The notes beneath the pieces are model-generated. The model did no database searches, was not told the DNA's origin, and saw nothing but the letters and a program-made list of their open reading frames with translations. Of a DNA stretch of 64,000 bases, positions 1 to 8,680 are shown one piece after another; the first letter of the stretch is position 1, and each line of letters starts with the position of its first letter. A program made the translations under genes and the position numbers. This DNA is from Patescibacteria group bacterium. Lineage in GTDB: Bacteria; Patescibacteriota; Gracilibacteria; UBA1369; PNNO01. The DNA lies in assembly GCA_042568205.1 (NCBI GenBank), contig JBHPJE010000004.1, forward strand, positions 1,280 to 65,279. Direction: 5' to 3'.

Positions 1-68
1 TAAATATTGTTACTAAAGAAAGAGACGAATTACAAGGACAAGTAAATAAACAAAATCCTGAAATTTAA
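1..68 (+). CDS. 3' end of an upstream ORF (partial), Lys/Glu-rich
   Basis: Frame open from the window edge to TAA at 66-68 (..NIVTKERDELQGQVNKQNPEI*). Too short to classify. Confidence 0.3.
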   Translation, partial: NIVTKERDELQGQVNKQNPEI

Positions 69-81
69 CCTTATTATATAT

Positions 82-246
82 ATGGCAAAAGAAGACAAAG
101 TTAAAGAAATGAATAAATTAATCGATAAATATAACAAACTTTTAGCTAAAAAGAAGCTTTTAGAAGAAGAAAGAGATAATTTGGAGAAAAAAGCATTTAA
201 AATGCTATTAGAACAAACGGAAAAATTAAACAAAAACGAAGAATAG
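82..246 (+). CDS. small coiled-coil-like protein (54 aa, MAKEDKVKEMNKLIDKYNKLL...)
   Basis: ATG at 82, TAG at 244-246. Charged heptad-like composition and same strand as flanking genes. Preferred over the antisense 30..263 track ORF, which is low-complexity Phe/Ser/Leu. Confidence 0.4.
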   Translation: MAKEDKVKEMNKLIDKYNKLLAKKKLLEEERDNLEKKAFKMLLEQTEKLNKNEE

Positions 247-270
247 GCTGGAAAAAAAGCCATTTTTCGG

Positions 271-290
271 GTATAATATATAGATAAAAT
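271..290 (+). promoter_or_regulatory. candidate -10 promoter block GTATAATATATAGATAAAAT
   Basis: TATAAT at 272-277, 27 nt upstream of the ATG at 304. The identical 20-mer recurs at 26063-26082 upstream of another + strand gene. Confidence 0.4.
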
Positions 291-303
291 AAATAAAAAA
301 CGT

Positions 304-3264
304 ATGGCTAGTAGAGCTGCTACAACTAGGGCCCCTCGCAGTAGAGTAACTTCTGAACAGACTAAGGAAATACTTAAATTTACGCAGTCTCGTAAAGCAC
401 TTTATCCTGAAATTAATTCAGTAGATGATTTAAAGGATAAAAAGTATGGCGATTTAATGAGACCACTTAAGAAAAAACCTGAGGCAATGCCAAAATATGC
501 AAAGAAGTTTTTTGGAAGATTAACTAAACTTGAAGGATATTTGCAGAATGTGGCTTTAAATAACTTCACTTATGCCAGTGCTAAAAGCATTGCAAAACCT
601 GCTGAAAAACCTCTTTTTGCAAAACTAGAAAACTCAATAAATACAATTACAGCTGCTAATGTTACGAGAACTGGAGGAATAACTACTTATCTTCCTCGTC
701 CACAGTTAAATACTCTATTTTCAGCATTATCAATGAATGATTTTAAAAGAAATTTAAACAATGTGAATATTGTTAATGCAAAGTTTGCACTTGATCGGGA
801 CTTTAAAGCTGCTGCTACTGCAGTAATGCAACATATTATTAAATATAGAAGAGATCATGCTCAAAAACTGAAAGAAGAATCTGTTTATGCATATTTGGAT
901 GAAATCTTTAGTACAAGTGAAGATAAAATTGATGATACAATCGATAAATCAAAAATTATTAATATGGCTTTAATTACTCAAAGTACTAGAGCCAGAATTA
1001 ACAAAGGATGGCACGAATATCAAGCTTATAGAGACCAATTAGACAAAAGATTAAAATTAGAAGCAATTGTTAATAAAGAAAAACAAACAATCTTTTCAAA
1101 ACCAGTTGAATATGCAAGAAGTGGTGGTAGATTTATTGCACAACAAATTCAAAAATTTAGAGCAAACTGGGCTGGAATGGATGGAAAAGAAAGAGTTGTT
1201 GCAGGGGCTACTTTATTAGTAGGGCTTGCTTGGTTTTTAAATAGTGATAATGAAGAAGCAGGAAAGCTTCGTGAAGCACTTAAAAAAGCTGGAATGATTG
1301 GTATTGGATATATTGCCCTAAATACTACAGCTAAAGCATTTACTGGAAGAACTTTAACTGCATCATTAAGTAATAGACTTGATGATATGTCAGGTAAAAG
1401 AGACCTTTTAAAAGATTCATTTAATACAAACAGAGAAGGAGCGGAAATTTTAAGTTATTCAATCGCTTATATAGGTAATTATAATTTTTCTGAAGTAGGA
1501 AATATGTATATGGATCAGCAAAATCTTTATAATGATCCTTCAAATACAATCCCTGATAATCTAAAAGAACTTCCAATTGGTGGTGTTGCTCAGGATGAAA
1601 TGAATGCAAATCAACTGTATAGAGCAGTAAGACTTGTTGATAATAAATTAAAGAAACAAGGTAGTAGTATTGAGCAGGTTTTATGGGCTATTGAAGAAAT
1701 GAAAGCAAAAGCTAAAGCAGAAGGTAAATCATTTACTGAGCCTACTTTTGCAATGATTGTTGCTGCAATTCTAATGAACCAGGATGTTAAATTTAAAATT
1801 GATAAGGAAGGTAGAATCGAAATGGTTAAAACAACTCCATTTGATGTTAAATGGACTCCAACTGACAGAGATTATACTGAGAATTGGTGGACTTTTACTG
1901 GGAAACCACATGAATGGAAAGACCAGATAGATGGAAAATTTCCAGGGAAAAAGATAAAAGTAGATAATTTAAAAAGAATTTCAAAAGATATTATGGCTGA
2001 AAGCAGACCTTTGGATAAATATATTACAACTGAAAGATTTGGTAGATATACAAAAGGATTTAAGGATCTTAATAATTTAGAAATAAAAAATAAGCCTGGG
2101 CAAAATGTACATACTTTAGTAACTACTGAAGGTGTTGGTTACATGAGTTCTTTAGTAAATATAAATCCTAATCTGAAAAGTAAAAATATGGCTTATATTG
2201 CAGCATATAAAAGTGCATATGAAATAGGATTAAGAGCATTTGAACAAGATTTACTAAAAAACAATCCTTCATTACATACAAAACTTAAAGGTAGATTTAA
2301 AGAATTCTTCCATATTGTTGGGGCAGTTGCTCTTGCACCTTCTAAAAAGAAAAAAGGTGTAGCAACTCCAAGTAAAAAACCAAATAAATTAAGATTATTT
2401 TTCAGATATGTACTTCCTAATACAAAAAAAACATCTGGCTCTCAAGAATTTGCATTACGTTACAATAAAGAATGGCCTCAGGGAGATATGTTACAGCAAA
2501 TGAAGGAATCGATTCTTAAACCTGGTGAAACTTTAACTAGAGGTGATTTTAATACGATTGCAAGAGAAACAGTTGTAAGACAAAAATCATTATTCTCGTT
2601 ACCTATTTATGATGGATATGATTCAAAATTTGCAGGAGCTTATGAAAGTTTCTTATCGAGAGTAGGATTAAAAAAATCAGAAAATGCAAAAATTGATAAA
2701 GTACTTAAATTCTATAGTATAAAATTTGCAAATTCAGGATTAACTAAAAGAGGTTTAATTAGATATTTAGCTACACATAGATTCACTACTGCAGAGATTA
2801 AAGAGGCTTTAGGATTGGCTGCTACTGCACCTTTAATACATTTTGGTTATATAGTACCTTCAGTAAGAAAAAGAACTAAACAAGTTTTATCAATGGCTGC
2901 TATGGGTGGAGGCATACTACCTCCTAGAGTTAAAGATATTTTTAAAAATATTGATTTAAATAAGAGGAATTCAATTGAAAGAGATATTTATGCAAAATAT
3001 GGAACTATATTTATACTCGCTTGTTATGGAGATCTAGCAGCATTAAAAGTACTAGAAAAGAGTAATAAAAAAGCACACGACGCTATAGTTGCAGAATTTG
3101 GTATAAATAAATCAACCGGTCAGGTATCTAAGTCACCAAATAAGAATACTTTTGAAACAAAAGTATTAAATCATTATCTAATCGGTATCTTAGAAGCATT
3201 TGCAGATGATAAGAAGCGACCTCTAGCTGCAAAAGCAGTTGGCGCATATTTAGCTACTTACTAA
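304..3264 (+). CDS. large Lys-rich hypothetical protein (986 aa) with two central hydrophobic segments
   Basis: Uninterrupted 986-codon ORF. Hydrophobic stretches VVAGATLLVGLAWFL and GMIGIGYIALNTTAKAF. No catalytic motif recognised. Confidence 0.8.
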   Translation: MASRAATTRAPRSRVTSEQTKEILKFTQSRKALYPEINSVDDLKDKKYGDLMRPLKKKPEAMPKYAKKFFGRLTKLEGYLQNVALNNFTYASAKSIAKPAEKPLFAKLENSINTITAANVTRTGGITTYLPRPQLNTLFSALSMNDFKRNLNNVNIVNAKFALDRDFKAAATAVMQHIIKYRRDHAQKLKEESVYAYLDEIFSTSEDKIDDTIDKSKIINMALITQSTRARINKGWHEYQAYRDQLDKRLKLEAIVNKEKQTIFSKPVEYARSGGRFIAQQIQKFRANWAGMDGKERVVAGATLLVGLAWFLNSDNEEAGKLREALKKAGMIGIGYIALNTTAKAFTGRTLTASLSNRLDDMSGKRDLLKDSFNTNREGAEILSYSIAYIGNYNFSEVGNMYMDQQNLYNDPSNTIPDNLKELPIGGVAQDEMNANQLYRAVRLVDNKLKKQGSSIEQVLWAIEEMKAKAKAEGKSFTEPTFAMIVAAILMNQDVKFKIDKEGRIEMVKTTPFDVKWTPTDRDYTENWWTFTGKPHEWKDQIDGKFPGKKIKVDNLKRISKDIMAESRPLDKYITTERFGRYTKGFKDLNNLEIKNKPGQNVHTLVTTEGVGYMSSLVNINPNLKSKNMAYIAAYKSAYEIGLRAFEQDLLKNNPSLHTKLKGRFKEFFHIVGAVALAPSKKKKGVATPSKKPNKLRLFFRYVLPNTKKTSGSQEFALRYNKEWPQGDMLQQMKESILKPGETLTRGDFNTIARETVVRQKSLFSLPIYDGYDSKFAGAYESFLSRVGLKKSENAKIDKVLKFYSIKFANSGLTKRGLIRYLATHRFTTAEIKEALGLAATAPLIHFGYIVPSVRKRTKQVLSMAAMGGGILPPRVKDIFKNIDLNKRNSIERDIYAKYGTIFILACYGDLAALKVLEKSNKKAHDAIVAEFGINKSTGQVSKSPNKNTFETKVLNHYLIGILEAFADDKKRPLAAKAVGAYLATY

Positions 3265-3289
3265 TTTTCAACATAGGCAAACTTTAGTA

Positions 3290-3318
3290 TTGACAAGGAG
3301 TCAAGTATTTGATATGAT
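3290..3318 (+). promoter_or_regulatory. sigma70-type promoter TTGACA-17 nt-TATGAT
   Basis: TTGACA at 3290-3295, 17-nt spacer, TATGAT at 3313-3318, 34 nt upstream of the ATG at 3352. Confidence 0.5.
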
Positions 3319-3351
3319 TCCGTCCTTTCGTATTTAAATAATTTTTAAGTC

Positions 3352-4242
3352 ATGGGACGGCACATTGGAAAGATACTACAATTTTTTGGATTACTTTTGC
3401 TCTTTGTTATCAACCAGCAAAATATATCTGCTTTCTATCAAGAAGATTTTGAAAATCAGCTTGCTGAGCAGGTACCAGAAACGTATAATAATCACGCTGC
3501 TTCGAATGATGAGCACTACGCAAATCAACTAGATTCCCTTAATTTAAGGCTTTATCCGGGATCTACTTACAAGACAGAAAGTCGAAGCACACTAGGCTCT
3601 TTGAATCATTGCAAGTCTCTCGTGTTCCAGACGTTAACGTCTTTACCAGAAGAACATCGAGAGTATCTTCAGCACCTTACATTATATTTCGCTGAAGGAC
3701 GTCGCGGTTTAGGTGGCGGATCAACTATCATATTAAGATGCTCAAATATTGATGATATGGCACTCAGTTCAGTACTTGTACATGAAATGGGACATGTCGT
3801 TGATACAGGTCTTAAAACAGGTAACAGTTGGACAGGTAAAAGTGAATTTATGGATGGAAGCGTTCCAATCTATAATGACGATCCAAGCTTACGATTCTAT
3901 AGAATTAGTTGGCTGGATGAAAAAACTATTAAACCTGAAGCTGAAAGACAAGACTTTGTTACTGGATATGGTATGACTGATCCTTATGAAGACTTCGCTG
4001 AAAGCTATAATTACTATCTTTTACACGGAAAACAGTTTAAAGAGATGGCTAAATACGATAAAGAGTTAAGACGAAAATACCTATACCTAAAGTACTTTAT
4101 CTTCTCAGGACAAGAGTTTGATAACGATCAAAGTGAATTACCAAACTTTATCATGCGAAGATATGACTCGACAGTACTTGCTTACGATCACGAGAAGTTC
4201 CTGCGCTCAAACAATAATAGGCAGGAAATAGCTACACTCTAA
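3352..4242 (+). CDS. secreted or membrane-anchored zinc metallopeptidase-like protein (HExxH)
   Basis: N-terminal hydrophobic anchor ILQFFGLLLLFVI. Zincin motif VLVHEMGHVVD. Confidence 0.6.
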   Translation: MGRHIGKILQFFGLLLLFVINQQNISAFYQEDFENQLAEQVPETYNNHAASNDEHYANQLDSLNLRLYPGSTYKTESRSTLGSLNHCKSLVFQTLTSLPEEHREYLQHLTLYFAEGRRGLGGGSTIILRCSNIDDMALSSVLVHEMGHVVDTGLKTGNSWTGKSEFMDGSVPIYNDDPSLRFYRISWLDEKTIKPEAERQDFVTGYGMTDPYEDFAESYNYYLLHGKQFKEMAKYDKELRRKYLYLKYFIFSGQEFDNDQSELPNFIMRRYDSTVLAYDHEKFLRSNNNRQEIATL

Positions 4243-4323
4243 ACGGTCTTAACCGTTTAAGACATATGTTAGTTTAGGATATCGAGGCTTTTCTAGGGCG
4301 TTGGTACTCCTAAGTCTAAAAAG

Positions 4324-4356
4324 AAACAGCCCCCCAAGTGGGGGCTGTTTTTTTTG
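4324..4356 (+). terminator. rho-independent terminator
   Basis: Stem AAACAGCCCCC / GGGGGCTGTTT with a 5-nt loop, followed by a T-run ending at 4356. Confidence 0.7.
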
Positions 4357-4524
4357 TTTGATTTTGCGATGAGCACGACGGTGCGAATCGGAAAAGCAAA
4401 TACGACGAAGTCAGCGAGATAGCGAGTTGAAGGCTCGCTATCGCCTAAGACTGAGTGGCCAAACATATAAATTTACAAACAATACTAATTCCATTTAAAA
4501 AACGCCCTAAAAACTAAGAAAATC

Positions 4525-4553
4525 TTGCCAATAAGGGGCAAAGTATATAGAAT
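4525..4553 (+). promoter_or_regulatory. candidate promoter for tRNA-His (TTGCCA-17 nt-TAGAAT)
   Basis: TTGCCA at 4525-4530, 17-nt spacer, TAGAAT at 4548-4553, about 30 nt upstream of the tRNA 5' end. Confidence 0.45.
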
Positions 4554-4584
4554 AGCTTTTGCGTTTAGATACGCTTATTACTAT

Positions 4585-4662
4585 GGTGAGTGTAGCTCAG
4601 TTGGTTAGAGCACCTGGTTGTGGTCCAGGGGGTCGTGGGTTCGAGCCCCATCACTCACCCCA
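4585..4662 (+). tRNA. trnH: tRNA-His (anticodon GTG) with encoded G-1 and CCA
   Basis: Hand-folded cloverleaf: G-1, acceptor GTGAGTG/CACTCAC, D arm GCTC/GAGC, anticodon stem CCTGG/CCAGG with loop TTGTGGT, T arm GTGGG-TTCGAGC-CCCAT, discriminator C, CCA. Confidence 0.95.
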
Positions 4663-4756
4663 TTTATTTAGAGGCGCTGTTTTGGTTTATTTGAAGACGT
4701 TTACGGCGATTCGAGCGAGGAGTAATGAGTATATAGTGATTATATGATGTTCGAAC
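4663..4756 (+). repeat. 94-nt tRNA-His trailer segment X1 (copy 1 of 2), ending in palindrome GTTCGAAC
   Basis: Aligns without gaps to 10878-10971 with 85 of 94 identical positions (hand alignment). Confidence 0.85.
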
Positions 4757-4758
4757 TT

Positions 4759-4787
4759 TTGACATACCTGGATAAAAGCACTATAAT
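4759..4787 (+). promoter_or_regulatory. consensus sigma70 promoter TTGACA-17 nt-TATAAT
   Basis: TTGACA at 4759-4764 and TATAAT at 4782-4787 with a 17-nt spacer, 24 nt upstream of the ATG at 4812. Begins 3 nt after the end of X1. Confidence 0.6.
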
Positions 4788-4811
4788 TCGTCCTCTTTAT
4801 ACTATTATATT

Positions 4812-5819
4812 ATGCCAATAGAAGGATACAGTAAACACGATGAACCAACTTTACACACCGTTGAGCATAACCGAGAAGTTATGTTAATTGGTGAAGGTGA
4901 TTTAAGATTTGAATTTGCATTTATTGATCTTATAGCTAAATGTCAATTTGATTGTCGAGGTTGTTTTAATCAGGTTTTAAATGATACAGGTGTATCGCTT
5001 AGACAAGAAGAATTAAGAAGTATTGTTGATTTTCTTAAAGAAAGAGGTGGGAGGAATATTACTTTTGCAGGATCAGGTGAACCATTATTGGATCCTGAAT
5101 TATTACCGTTAATTGAATATGCTCACGATAAAGGTATCAATTCGATACTATTTTCCAGCTTAACTACTGTTAATGAAGCAAATGAAGTTGTTCCAGTAAG
5201 TTTAGAAATGGTAGAAGCGTTAAATAAGTTAGATGTACATATAGTTGCGAAAAGAAGTTGTATAGATAATGAAAAACAAGCAGAGATTCTGGGTGTTCCT
5301 AATACAGATGTTGGAGATAAAATGAATTTAGCATTACAAAGTCTTATTGATGCAGGCTTTGCTGAAGATGGAAGATTGTTTATGGATTGCCCAATTGATA
5401 GATATACAATTAATGAAATTCCACAATTACTTAGATTCTGTAGAGAAAGAGGCATACTTCCTTATTTTGAATCATATATTATTCACGGACAGGACAAAGA
5501 AACACAAAAAGAATATAGAATAAGTACCAAAGAGCTTGGTCTTTTATTTCAAGAACTTGCAAGGATCGATCAAGAGGAGTTTGGTATTGATATAGAACTC
5601 GGAAAAGGTATGAGAATTTATCACGCTGATGCTTGTTTAAAACCAGAGTATGGTTTTGCTGTTAAGGCTAATGGAGATGTTAGAAGTTGCCCAACAGATG
5701 CTACTAAAGCGGTTGGAAACATTAAAGAATCGGCTCTTGGAGTCATATTATCACCAAACAATGCTGAATATAGAGCAAAGTTTGGCAAATTTGGTTGTTG
5801 CGCAGTACTTAAAATCTAA
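4812..5819 (+). CDS. radical SAM enzyme with C-terminal SPASM/twitch-like region
   Basis: CX3CX2C motif (CQFDCRGC). Later GSGEPLL glycine-rich SAM-binding-like segment. C-terminal GDVRSCPTD...VGNIKE resembles the SPASM/twitch consensus. Confidence 0.8.
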   Translation: MPIEGYSKHDEPTLHTVEHNREVMLIGEGDLRFEFAFIDLIAKCQFDCRGCFNQVLNDTGVSLRQEELRSIVDFLKERGGRNITFAGSGEPLLDPELLPLIEYAHDKGINSILFSSLTTVNEANEVVPVSLEMVEALNKLDVHIVAKRSCIDNEKQAEILGVPNTDVGDKMNLALQSLIDAGFAEDGRLFMDCPIDRYTINEIPQLLRFCRERGILPYFESYIIHGQDKETQKEYRISTKELGLLFQELARIDQEEFGIDIELGKGMRIYHADACLKPEYGFAVKANGDVRSCPTDATKAVGNIKESALGVILSPNNAEYRAKFGKFGCCAVLKI

Positions 5820-5825
5820 ATAACC

Positions 5826-5862
5826 GTTCGAACAAACACTAAACACTCACCCCATTGAAATT
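5826..5862 (+). repeat. att-like repeat R1: GTTCGAACAAACACTAAACACTCACCCCATTGAAATT
   Basis: Identical (37/37) to 10316-10352. Contains CACTCACCCCA, which is the acceptor 3' strand + discriminator + CCA of tRNA-His. Starts 6 nt after the radical SAM stop codon. Confidence 0.85.
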
Positions 5863-6344
5863 TACCAAACCTTAGATAACGCTTTCCTCGTTGCCCTAGG
5901 CAATCCCCCACAAAAAATTAGGTCTCTTAAGTCATTAGTAGTAATTCTTGTAGGATCTAATCCTAAGAGCTTACAGGCGGCACAGTTATCGAAAAATTGA
6001 CTTGGCTGCTCAAGATCACCTAATGGTGCATCAAACGGGCTCATCCCAAGTTCTTCACACTTTTCGTAGAAATATAAATAATACATGCTAAGGTCGTCAT
6101 ATGGACCAAATCCAAGCGCTGCGCACCTTTTTTCATAATCATCCCAGCTTACCCCACAATCATCAACTTCTGAAGCTCTTTCAGCTTCTTCATAATCTCG
6201 TGGTGCTGTAAAATAGTGGTAACGAAATACTGTAGCGGTCTCTGGATCCCAGCCCCACTCTGCACATTTTTCCTCAAAGCCTTCAGGCCTTCGCATTTGT
6301 ACTGCGGTGCAATCTGGCTCATTTTTACAATTGTTTAAAGTCAT
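5862..6344 (-). CDS. hypothetical acidic protein with four C-x-x-[LW]-G-x-x-P repeats (160 aa)
   Basis: ORF with repeats KCAEWGWDP, RCAALGFGP, KCEELGMSP, ACKLLGLDP. Visibly more GC-rich than neighbours. 11 nt downstream of the 769-aa gene. Confidence 0.6.
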   Translation of the reverse strand: MTLNNCKNEPDCTAVQMRRPEGFEEKCAEWGWDPETATVFRYHYFTAPRDYEEAERASEVDDCGVSWDDYEKRCAALGFGPYDDLSMYYLYFYEKCEELGMSPFDAPLGDLEQPSQFFDNCAACKLLGLDPTRITTNDLRDLIFCGGLPRATRKALSKVW

Positions 6345-6355
6345 TATATATTTGG

Positions 6356-8665
6356 TTAATTTTTATCAGGATCGATTTCGCTATCTATTTCTTCTGGTTT
6401 GTAATCTTCTGGTAATTCACTAAGAATATCATCAAAACGCTGCTCGTTAATTATTATTTCTCTAATAACTGGATCTAAATCCATAATTCGTTCTAGCTCT
6501 TCAGTTTGATCAGCATCAAGATGTCCCTGCTGCAATGCTGTATAATAATAATATGCAACGGCTTTTTTTAAATTGATATCGATTTCCATGGCCCTCTCTA
6601 TCATTTCTTTCTCTTCTTCAGTTACAGTTTCTGAGCCATTGCCTGTATATGTCCAAAAAAGGTCTAACATTCTGGCACTCTCTTCCTCAAAACCATTTTC
6701 TCCATATCCTTCTAACATTTTAGTGTATTCATCGCTTAACATTTCACAGTTATACAGATAGGTTAAAAGTCTTATTCCAAGTATTTCTGCTGCACTAATA
6801 GCTTCATCTGAGGCGTTGAGTAAATCAGGATTTAGCAATAAATGAGATATAAAATCTGGACTATCCCCATGTATCTCTGAAGCTTTTATGAGTTTTTCAT
6901 TGCCAGACTTATTACTTCCGATTACAAAACCTCTAACAATTGGGTCTATTCTACATATACTCATTAATTCATCAATTTGGATTGCACTGAGAAGCCCTTT
7001 TTCCCGAGCTTCAAATAAGTATACACCAACAACCCTTTTAAAATCTGGATCGGCATCCATGGCCTTTTTAATAACGTCCTTCTCTATGTCAGCTAGAGTA
7101 GGATGTTCTGGATGGTTCCCTACATATTTTATCATTTGAGTCTTTAAATCTTCACACTCCATTACAAAAGCAACTTTCTCATCTACATCTATCTCATCCA
7201 ATGCTCTAAGTTTTACTCGGGCACCTAAAGTTTTACAAACTTCCATAAGCGCCATAGGGCTAACGTTGAGAAGTTTTGCCGCTTCTATTGCTTCTGGTGT
7301 AGGATTGAGTTTTTCGTCTTCTTCATTATCAACTGCTGATTTTTTACTACTAAATTCACCTTTTTCAGCTTTTTCTATTAATTCTAATGCATCTATTATT
7401 TCAGCTATTTCGTCACTTACGTCAACATCTAAGCTCTCTTCTAAATTTAAAATATCTTCTAAAGTGATTTCTGTTGTATCAAAATTTTGTAAGACCCATT
7501 CATGTAACGAGAGAGCATAGCACTCCTCAAGTGCAAATTTAAAGTCAGGGTCTACTTCCATGGCCTTTTTTAGCCTCTCCTGCTCTTCCTCAGACAATGG
7601 ATTATTGTTGAAGCCTTTGTACGAAAAAATTCTACTCTGAAATTTTCTTACTTCTCTTACAAACTCACAATCAACAGATTTGTCGATTAGCGTCTCTAAT
7701 TCATCCTGCAATTCTTGCCTTACTGTACCTTTTAAATACATTAGTACAAGAGGATTTACCTTAAGAATTTTTGCTGCTTCCAGGGTTTCTGGCTTTCCAT
7801 TTATAAGGCTAGGTTTTTCCATCAATCTCTGAGCACGGTTATTAACGCTTACATCTTCGAACTCAGCTCTTATTCTATTTCTGATATCTCCTGGCTGTCC
7901 TTTGAAAATTTCATTTAATTTTCTTTTCTGCTCTCGATTTGGATATTTATAACCTAAAAATTGAAAGCACCTTATAGTTATGCTTTGTTTAAATTCATAA
8001 CTAAGTTCCATGGCCCATTCAATTTTCACTACTTCCTCATCAGAAATTTTATCATGCATATGAGTCGTATATGCAATAATTGAAGTTGAAAATTTCTTGT
8101 ACTCCTTTGCAAAATCGCATTCAGAGATGTTTTTTATGTCCAAAAAAAGTTTCCCTGCTAATTCACCTTCAAGCTTTAATAAATAAAGTAAATATGTCAG
8201 AGGACTCACACCTAAAATTTCTGCAACTCTCAATTGTTCAGGTGTAGGTTTTAGTGCTTGGGGATCCTTTAATAATTCCTCTATATAGTCTGGATTGTTT
8301 GTTTTAATTGAAGTTCCCTCATTCATTTTTAATGCAAAAGCTGGATCAATCTCTAATGCTTTTTCTATCCTCTCTCTATCTTTATCTTTTAATATTCCTG
8401 GTGGATAAAAACCTCTATATTCTAATGTTTTTTCTGTAAATTCTTGATAATCTCTTACAAATTGACAATCAGGACTGTTGAAAATTTCATCTTCTAACTT
8501 ATCCCTTAAATCATGTGGTAGTAGATTTTCGAAATACATAAGTGCTAAAGTGCTTACTTTCAGCACATGAGCAGCTGCCACGGTTGGTAAAGGAGCGTTT
8601 AGTTTTGTAGAATCAATTAGTAGCTCCTCGATATAGTCAGGATTTGTTGTATCTTTTACTTCCAT
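6356..8665 (-). CDS. hypothetical protein made of five ~120-150 aa repeats, each with an HTH-like A-A-x-[IL]-L-x-V-x-P-[LM] core (769 aa)
   Basis: Internal repeats: NPDYIEELL..AAHVLKVSTLAL / VAEILGVSPLTY / AAKILKVNPLVL / AAKLLNVSPMAL / AAEILGIRLLTY. Each is followed by a C-[EQD]-F-[VA] segment and a KAME[VI]DP-type segment. Confidence 0.8.
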   Translation of the reverse strand: MEVKDTTNPDYIEELLIDSTKLNAPLPTVAAAHVLKVSTLALMYFENLLPHDLRDKLEDEIFNSPDCQFVRDYQEFTEKTLEYRGFYPPGILKDKDRERIEKALEIDPAFALKMNEGTSIKTNNPDYIEELLKDPQALKPTPEQLRVAEILGVSPLTYLLYLLKLEGELAGKLFLDIKNISECDFAKEYKKFSTSIIAYTTHMHDKISDEEVVKIEWAMELSYEFKQSITIRCFQFLGYKYPNREQKRKLNEIFKGQPGDIRNRIRAEFEDVSVNNRAQRLMEKPSLINGKPETLEAAKILKVNPLVLMYLKGTVRQELQDELETLIDKSVDCEFVREVRKFQSRIFSYKGFNNNPLSEEEQERLKKAMEVDPDFKFALEECYALSLHEWVLQNFDTTEITLEDILNLEESLDVDVSDEIAEIIDALELIEKAEKGEFSSKKSAVDNEEDEKLNPTPEAIEAAKLLNVSPMALMEVCKTLGARVKLRALDEIDVDEKVAFVMECEDLKTQMIKYVGNHPEHPTLADIEKDVIKKAMDADPDFKRVVGVYLFEAREKGLLSAIQIDELMSICRIDPIVRGFVIGSNKSGNEKLIKASEIHGDSPDFISHLLLNPDLLNASDEAISAAEILGIRLLTYLYNCEMLSDEYTKMLEGYGENGFEEESARMLDLFWTYTGNGSETVTEEEKEMIERAMEIDINLKKAVAYYYYTALQQGHLDADQTEELERIMDLDPVIREIIINEQRFDDILSELPEDYKPEEIDSEIDPDKN

Positions 8666-8680
8666 AATTTAAGCAGTTAC

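Noticed and set aside
30-263. 77-aa minus-strand track ORF at the window start
   Set aside because: Low-complexity Phe/Ser/Leu translation antisense to a plausible + strand Lys/Glu-rich ORF (82-246). Typical shadow ORF of AT-rich coding DNA.
246-268. Terminator after the 54-aa ORF (GGCT-N8-AGCC-ATTTTT)
   Set aside because: The stem is only 4 bp, too weak to call.
4559-4747. Track ORF (62 aa) spanning tRNA-His
   Set aside because: It is simply the translation of the tRNA gene and its trailer. The tRNA cloverleaf explains the sequence.
4745-4822. 25-aa ORF (MMFELLTYLDKSTIIRPLYTIILCQ) just upstream of and overlapping the radical SAM start, as a possible RiPP precursor
   Set aside because: It spans the consensus promoter itself. 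The corresponding region after the second trailer copy gives an unrelated peptide, so there is no conservation.
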